Notes under the pieces: model-generated
The model's database searches: none
The model's input: the letters and a program-made list of their open reading frames with translations, nothing else
Told to the model about the DNA's origin: nothing
Translations under genes and position numbers: made by a program
Assembly (NCBI GenBank): GCA_951406725.2
Contig: OX597821.1
Coordinates: 3,534,001 to 3,598,000 of the forward strand
Direction: 5' to 3'
DNA length: 64,000 nucleotides
DNA from: Octopus vulgaris
Taxonomy: Eukaryota
Shown here: positions 57,495 through 64,000 of the stretch, piece after piece
How the letters are laid out: the number at the start of each line of letters is the position of its first letter
Position numbering within the stretch: position 1 is the first letter of the stretch

Positions 57495-58074
57495 CTGGAG
57501 GAAAAAAAAAAAGAGATCGACAAAGATTTCCAACTGTGGCAAGTGAATTATGCATTCAAATGCTTTCAGCGATACAGTTGTGAACTGATCATACAAGAAT
57601 AACATGTGGCATGCTAAATGAAGTCAGTAAGAAAAAAAAGAAAATGTTACTGGTTACGTCAGTGGTGAACTTAGCTCAAGATATGTTAAACAAGCGGACG
57701 TTTGCGTTGGAAACGAACGCACTGACGTCTTATGATCTCAAAGATTTATTATATTCCAAATCTTTCAAATTAACAGACACTGAATTATAATAAGCGATTC
57801 ATTCAAATGTCTGTTTACCATATTCCGCTATTGGACTGTGGCTATGAAAGGACAAAAAATTGTAAGTTTTACTCGAACAAATCCAGTCGGTGCTTACTTT
57901 TTCTAAATCTAATATTATCCTATATTTATCGAGCTGTTAATTTATTAAGATGTAAAGAAATCTCTTCTAATCGCGTAGCTTTCTGAGTCAAATACAAACA
58001 CATACTTATGCATACATATATACATACGTACAAACATATATTCATACTTACATGCATACATACATGCATTCATC

Positions 58075-58432
58075 AATAAAATGTAAACACAATAGACCTG
58101 GTATAATGATTTCTTAGTGGGGAGCGAAACTGTGTGCAGTTGTGGAAATCAGCTGCCCAGGGGAAGTAATTATAAACGTGAAGATCATGGAAAAAGAGAA
58201 TATCTACCTTGAACTTTTGAGAAATCTTCAGTCACTCCATCCAGATTACAAGTTCAGCTTCATGCTTCTAATCTTTGGGGGTACTGGAATATGTAACAGA
58301 CTGCCTAAATACCAATGTTCAGAAATTAGGCTTCTGATAACCGGGAAAGAGAAAACTGATTCGAAGACTGCAGATCCAATCCATCAATGAAATTGTAAAA
58401 ATTTGTAAAACTTTCGAGAAATTTATCATGTA
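58075..58432 (+). mobile_element. Older RLE-type non-LTR retrotransposon 3' end
   Basis: KCKHNRPG..VVEISCP..EKENIYLELLRNLQSLHPDYKFSF..YVTDCLNTNVQKLGF..LQIQSI..VKICKTF. Confidence 0.75.
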
Positions 58433-58525
58433 AATATATATATGACCATGTGTAGACATGCAACTATATGCATGAGAATTCATACATAAACTAAAGCGTA
58501 CAAATATACACACACACACACACAT

Positions 58526-58595
<70 letters not shown>

Positions 58596-59008
58596 CGGAG
58601 ATGTACGTGCATAGCAAGTGATTTGATCTGAGATCGTGTGCTGGAACGAAAACTATTGCAGCGTGGAAGCCATTTAAGAAACGCAAAAAACCGTTAGATT
58701 CACTTCAACATTTAAATATAATTTGTCAAAACATTTTCACCGCTTTGAGACCGCGACCTGTTCACTGACAAAACTGACAATAATACGATGCAAGGTGAGA
58801 TTCTATTTAAAACGTAACTTTGAAAACGAAAACAATTATAGTTGTTTCTTTGGAGAATTTTTTTCCTGTTGGTGTTTTGATGTGCAAAATGCGACATATG
58901 ACAGGGTCCAAAAATATGAGAGACAACAGAGTCCAATTTATATAACTGAAATTAACGTGGAATTGGAATATGAAAGGATGTTCTGTCGACAAACATTGAG
59001 ATATATGA

Positions 59009-59048
<40 letters not shown>

Positions 59049-59872
59049 GGGACAAGAACGCAAAAGACAGGTGAAACAAAAATGGGACAACAAAATATCC
59101 ATACAGACGATATGAGGAAAACAAGGACGGATCATCGAAGTTTCCTACCATCGGTCGAGTTCCAGATTTTCTTTGCAATTTCGGTTGGTTATACTCGAGA
59201 TTGCTCCTGTCTGGCAAGACCCAAGGAAAAAAAAAGCTAAGTGCATTACATTCCTTGGAAGAAAGCAGCGAATGTATACAAAACAAGGACGGAAAAACAG
59301 AGAAATGTTACACTAATACAAATAACAGGACAAGTGTATTTCGGCTAAGGACGAATTAAATTGAGCTGGCGTTTCGGAAGTAAAGCCTTAAATCGGGGAC
59401 TAAAGATTTAACAAGCACCGGAAGGAATATAGATGATGCACTGACAGTAGTCCAACAAAGAAAGGTCAGGCCTGGCCGAACACCGGTCACATGGGGAGAG
59501 AAGAGAGAGAGGTAGAGGCAAAGGGATAGTAGAATTAAGGAGGGGTGAGAGAAAAACGAAGGAGACACAGTGAAGTGAAAGAGGGAAAGTGAGCATGAAT
59601 AGAAGGCCAGGAAATGTGAGAGAACGAAAGAACGAAGAGTGGAATGAACGAGGTGAGAATGTGCCAATAGAAATATGGAAAGAATGAAATAATAAAAGGA
59701 ACAATAGAGACGTACAAAATTTAGAAATATACTCTTACATATAAGAGACCAAAGTGCACGTACGCCACTATATTATATATATATAAAAATGCAAAAATGG
59801 GACATGAACGCAAAACATCCAGACAGTTAGGAGAAACAAAAACGGGACATCAATATATATATATATATATAT

Positions 59873-59932
<60 letters not shown>

Positions 59933-61156
59933 AGTGAGTGAGATGGGATTTTTTCCAGTTCTGAGTTACTTCTATTAAAAATATAATGCATAAATGTCAA
60001 TGTGATTGATCTTACGATCAGGAAAATTAAAATGAATGCTGAATACATAACTTGACACACACGAACGCGCACACCTCCACAAGTTCGTATATGCACACAC
60101 ATATTCATACATACATATACACATGCATACATACATACACACATATTTAATACATACATATATAAATATATATATATATATATCTATATACATACATATT
60201 CTTGTTAGAAATGTTAGACGGAGTAATTCATACAAATCTGTCGCAGCATTAGATTTCGTTAACTTTTACAGAACTAAATAATCTATACATTTAAATCACA
60301 GGGCTAAAGTTGAACAAACTATAAATAAGCGTCTACAAAAAATCGTTATATATTTTCATTGATCAACTCCATGTGTACATGTTCTTATTTTATAATGTAA
60401 CCATATCAAATTCTCGTTTACAGTTATTTTCACCTCATATATATGTACGTTAGAGTCTCTGTGTGGGTATGAAGGTGTATTATATGTATAATTATATATA
60501 TATATACATATATATATATAGATACACGTATATATGTGTATATATGTATATATAAATATATGTATATATATATATATATGTATATATATTATATATATAT
60601 ACAAATATATTTAAATATATATACATACACGTATATACATGTATATATATATATACAGGTATGTATATATATGTGTGTGTGTGTATATGTGTGTATGCGT
60701 GTGTGTTTGAGTGTGGGTATGTGTGTGTGATGCACACACACGTACGCACATTTCCATGCATCTTCAGGAAATATAAATGTCTATATTAATGTAAGCATAT
60801 ACATGAACACACAACAAAATGTATGCACAGAGGTGCGAGTGTATGTGTGTATGTGTGCGGGAATACGTTCGAATATTGCTTATTAATATATACACATGTT
60901 CAATAATGCATATGCACAATAAATGATTTTTTGTAGGCAAATCGATATTTGTGAACATTAACATATTTTCCATTAAGCTTCATCGGTAAAAACGTACATA
61001 TACATTCTGAGACAGACCTATCGCTTCTACACGAAGACATACATACATATAAATGTATATATATATATATCCACATATATATAAATATACATATGCATGT
61101 ATGTGAGCGTTTATGTATAAGTATATAGAATTAGACATGTATATACACACATATGC

Positions 61157-61229
<73 letters not shown>

Positions 61230-61550
61230 TATGTATATATACTTGTGTACGTGAGTATGTACCCACTTCTTATAAAATCTAACTCTGGAACTGCAATACT
61301 AAAGCTTTGATACCACCATGCAACCTCAGTAATTGGTTGGGTGAACTGCTAGCTTTGCGACCAGGTTTTTGGGTTTCGATTTATGAGACGTTCCACTTAG
61401 GCTATGTCTTATCCAAAAGCATTCAAAGACGATGCATTTTCATTGGCATTCAGTTGAAGTGATATCTATGAATTAAATGTCCTCATGTGTGTGTACACAC
61501 TCACACACACACACACACACAAACACGCACGCCCACACTCACATTATTTC

Positions 61551-61686
61551 AAAAGCAGCAGAAATATCACAAAAAACTGTTACTCAGAGTTTCACGTTCC
61601 CGTTCGGCTGACAATTTTGTTAGAATCCGACAATCGGGAACATGGAATTCTGAGTAACAGCTTTTGTGATGTTTCTGCTGCTTTTT
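61551..61686 (+). repeat. ~135-bp hairpin element
   Basis: aaaagcagcagaaatatcacaaaa..ctgttactcagagtttcacgttcccg / cgggaacatggaattctgagtaacag..ttttgtgatgtttctgctgctttt. Confidence 0.85.
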
Positions 61687-61771
61687 AATAAAGCATATTA
61701 CTCTAACTCTGGTAATTGAGTAGTCTTTTTTCCACCTTATTTCACATTTATGTGCTTACTCCGAAAAGTTG

Positions 61772-62322
61772 GGAAGCTGGCAGGATCGTCCGCATGCCAG
61801 GCAAAATGCTTAGCGGTATTTTGTTTGACGCTACATTCTGAGTTCAAGTTCCGCCAAGATCGATTTTTAGGCACAGGAGTGGCTGAGTGGTAAGTAGTTT
61901 GCTTACCAACCACATGGTCCTGGGTTCAGTCCCACAGCGTAGCACCTTCGGCAAGTGTCTTATTAGTATAAGACACAGATATACAGATATAGCCACGGGC
62001 CGACGACAGCTTTGTGAGTGCATTTGGTAGACCGAAACTGAAAGAAGCCTGTCGTATATATGTATATATGTACATATATATATATAAGTTCATGTGTGTG
62101 TGTGTTTGCGTGTCTGTGTTTGTCCCCCCCCCACCAACATCGCTTGATAACTGATGGTGGTGTATTTACGTCACTATCACTTAGCAGTTCGGCAAAATAG
62201 ATCGATATAATAACAACTAAGCTTACAAAGTGTAAGTCCTGTGGTCGATTTGCTCGACTAAAGACGGTGCTCCAGCATGGCCGCAGTCAAATGACTGCAA
62301 CAATTAAAAGAGTAAAAAAGAA
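61772..62322 (+). mobile_element. SINE D head (61772-61865) followed by full SINE A (61871-62322)
   Basis: gctggcaggatcgt..gagttcaagttccgcc, then ggagtggctgagtggtaag..ccagcatggccgcagtcaaatgactg. Confidence 0.85.
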
Positions 62323-62354
62323 TATATATATATATGCGTGTGTGTGTGTATACA

Positions 62355-62560
62355 CAGTCGCCATGATAGATCGTTAACCACTACACACATTTTATTCTCT
62401 CTTTTTTTTCTGTCCTTGTTTTTTTTCTCTGTTCCTTTCCGTAGAAGAGTGTAGGTTCGAAACTTAAAAGACTTTTTCTATTCCAGAGTGTTATACTAAT
62501 ACATCTGTTTATTTTGTACATCACCTGCCTTCGTCTTTTGATTTTTTCGTAAACTCTCCC
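62355..62560 (+). mobile_element. Short repeat of the 38440/56515 family, decayed hammerhead-like motif
   Basis: ctttccgtagaagagtgtaggttcgaaacttaaaag..atactaatacatctgttt. Confidence 0.55.
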
Positions 62561-63534
62561 TCTCTCTATATATATATGTACATACATACATATATACATT
62601 TGTGCGTACGTGTATCTATATGTCTATTTGAGTCAGTGAATCGTGCATGTAAAGGATATTAACATCGAAATAAAACTACAAAGTTGTGTATTACTGACTC
62701 CATTATTTGCTTTATGTTTCATAAACCTTTTCCAATCTCTCCTCATCAAAAATGTTTTGGACTGATACTTAGACCATTGGAAACCTATAAACAAGAAAGC
62801 TTTTGTTAAGAAATTGCAAAAGAAAATACATCTATGCATACGTTCTGACATACACACGCACACACTCACACTTTTACACTCACACACACAGAGTATTATA
62901 TATATCCAACATATAACGGATAAGCATATGTAGAGGTATATCGTTCTTCCAGCAGCACATTACGTGTACAGTTCAATTACACCTGCACCTTCATACATGC
63001 ATACAAATATGGCCACTTCTTTGCACGTCTTTGTAGATACACAGAAACACATAGACGCGTATATGTAAACATACAATAAAATATATTTGTCTATGTGTAT
63101 TTATGTATGTATGTGTATATGTATGTATGCATGAATATATGTAAGTTTTCATATATGTAATATATATGTATACATCAGCTTTTCAATGTTTGTATGCGCT
63201 GAAAATTATATTTGCTTAGATGCCATTTTATTTCTATTTTGCTTATTTCTTCTGCACGAGTCTAGAAAACGGAAATAAACAGGAAATTCGTTTTTTGTCT
63301 TATACATAATGAAGGAATTTTTGCATACATATATTTCACCTTTGATATGTGTGTATATATACTACATTTCTATGGTGATATTTTTGCAGTGTATCATAAT
63401 CCTGTGTAAGTCATGGATTCTTGTATAATTTGCAATAAAAAAATGTGTACAGAATAGAAAATTTTGCATGATAGCAATTATATGTATATGTGTGTAAGAA
63501 TAAATATAGATATATTTCTATGTAAGTGTGAATG

Positions 63535-63640
<106 letters not shown>

Positions 63641-64000
63641 GGGGTGTGTGTACGTGTTGATGGATGTAGGTTTGTGTGTTTATTTAAGTATCGAAAGGTG
63701 TACATAAAACATATATACAAACTTATAGGTATGTTTGGAAATCTCTCACGACACACATATTTTAATGCATATGTAGGTATATATGCAATGTGTGTTCGTT
63801 GTGCTGCAAGTGTTCTGTAAGATATTCTATGGAAAGAATCTACGTTTATTTCACAAATATCATGTTCCGTTTATCACAATTGACCAAAGGATGACAACGG
63901 GGAAATAGGAATAACGATTTACATTTTCCAACACACTGCTATACACACACGCGCGTGCGCACAGATATGCAAATATATTTATGCATATATGTTTCAGTGT

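Noticed and set aside
58600-59850. Several short repeats between (TA)n tracts with loose core-like motifs (e.g. tgtcagtgaacaggtcgc..gaaaa..tgaca on the minus strand)
   Set aside because: The hammerhead core is not matched and the family cannot be established from this window.

Overview
Very AT-rich, microsatellite-dense eukaryotic genomic DNA. The repeat content (tRNA-derived SINEs, Penelope remnants, CR1-group and R4/Dong-type LINEs, mariner, Helitron) suggests a coleoid cephalopod, probably Octopus; this is inference. No intact protein-coding gene is visible, and almost all listed ORFs are (TA)n/(CA)n/(TAA)n artefacts or transposon fragments. The window looks intronic or intergenic, with a few candidate minus-strand exons including a possible 6-nt microexon. 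Main observations: (1) a CR1-group LINE copy with a cluster of sense-strand A>G changes, as expected if an ADAR-hyperedited RNA was retrotransposed into the genome; (2) several hammerhead-ribozyme-like motifs in Penelope-derived short elements, some arranged as palindromes; (3) a Dong/R4-like element inserted into a TAA tract inside an older RLE retrotransposon; (4) a 3' stem-loop shared between the commonest SINE and the CR1-group LINE; (5) many fold-back hairpins. All coordinates and alignments were read by eye, so boundaries are approximate.
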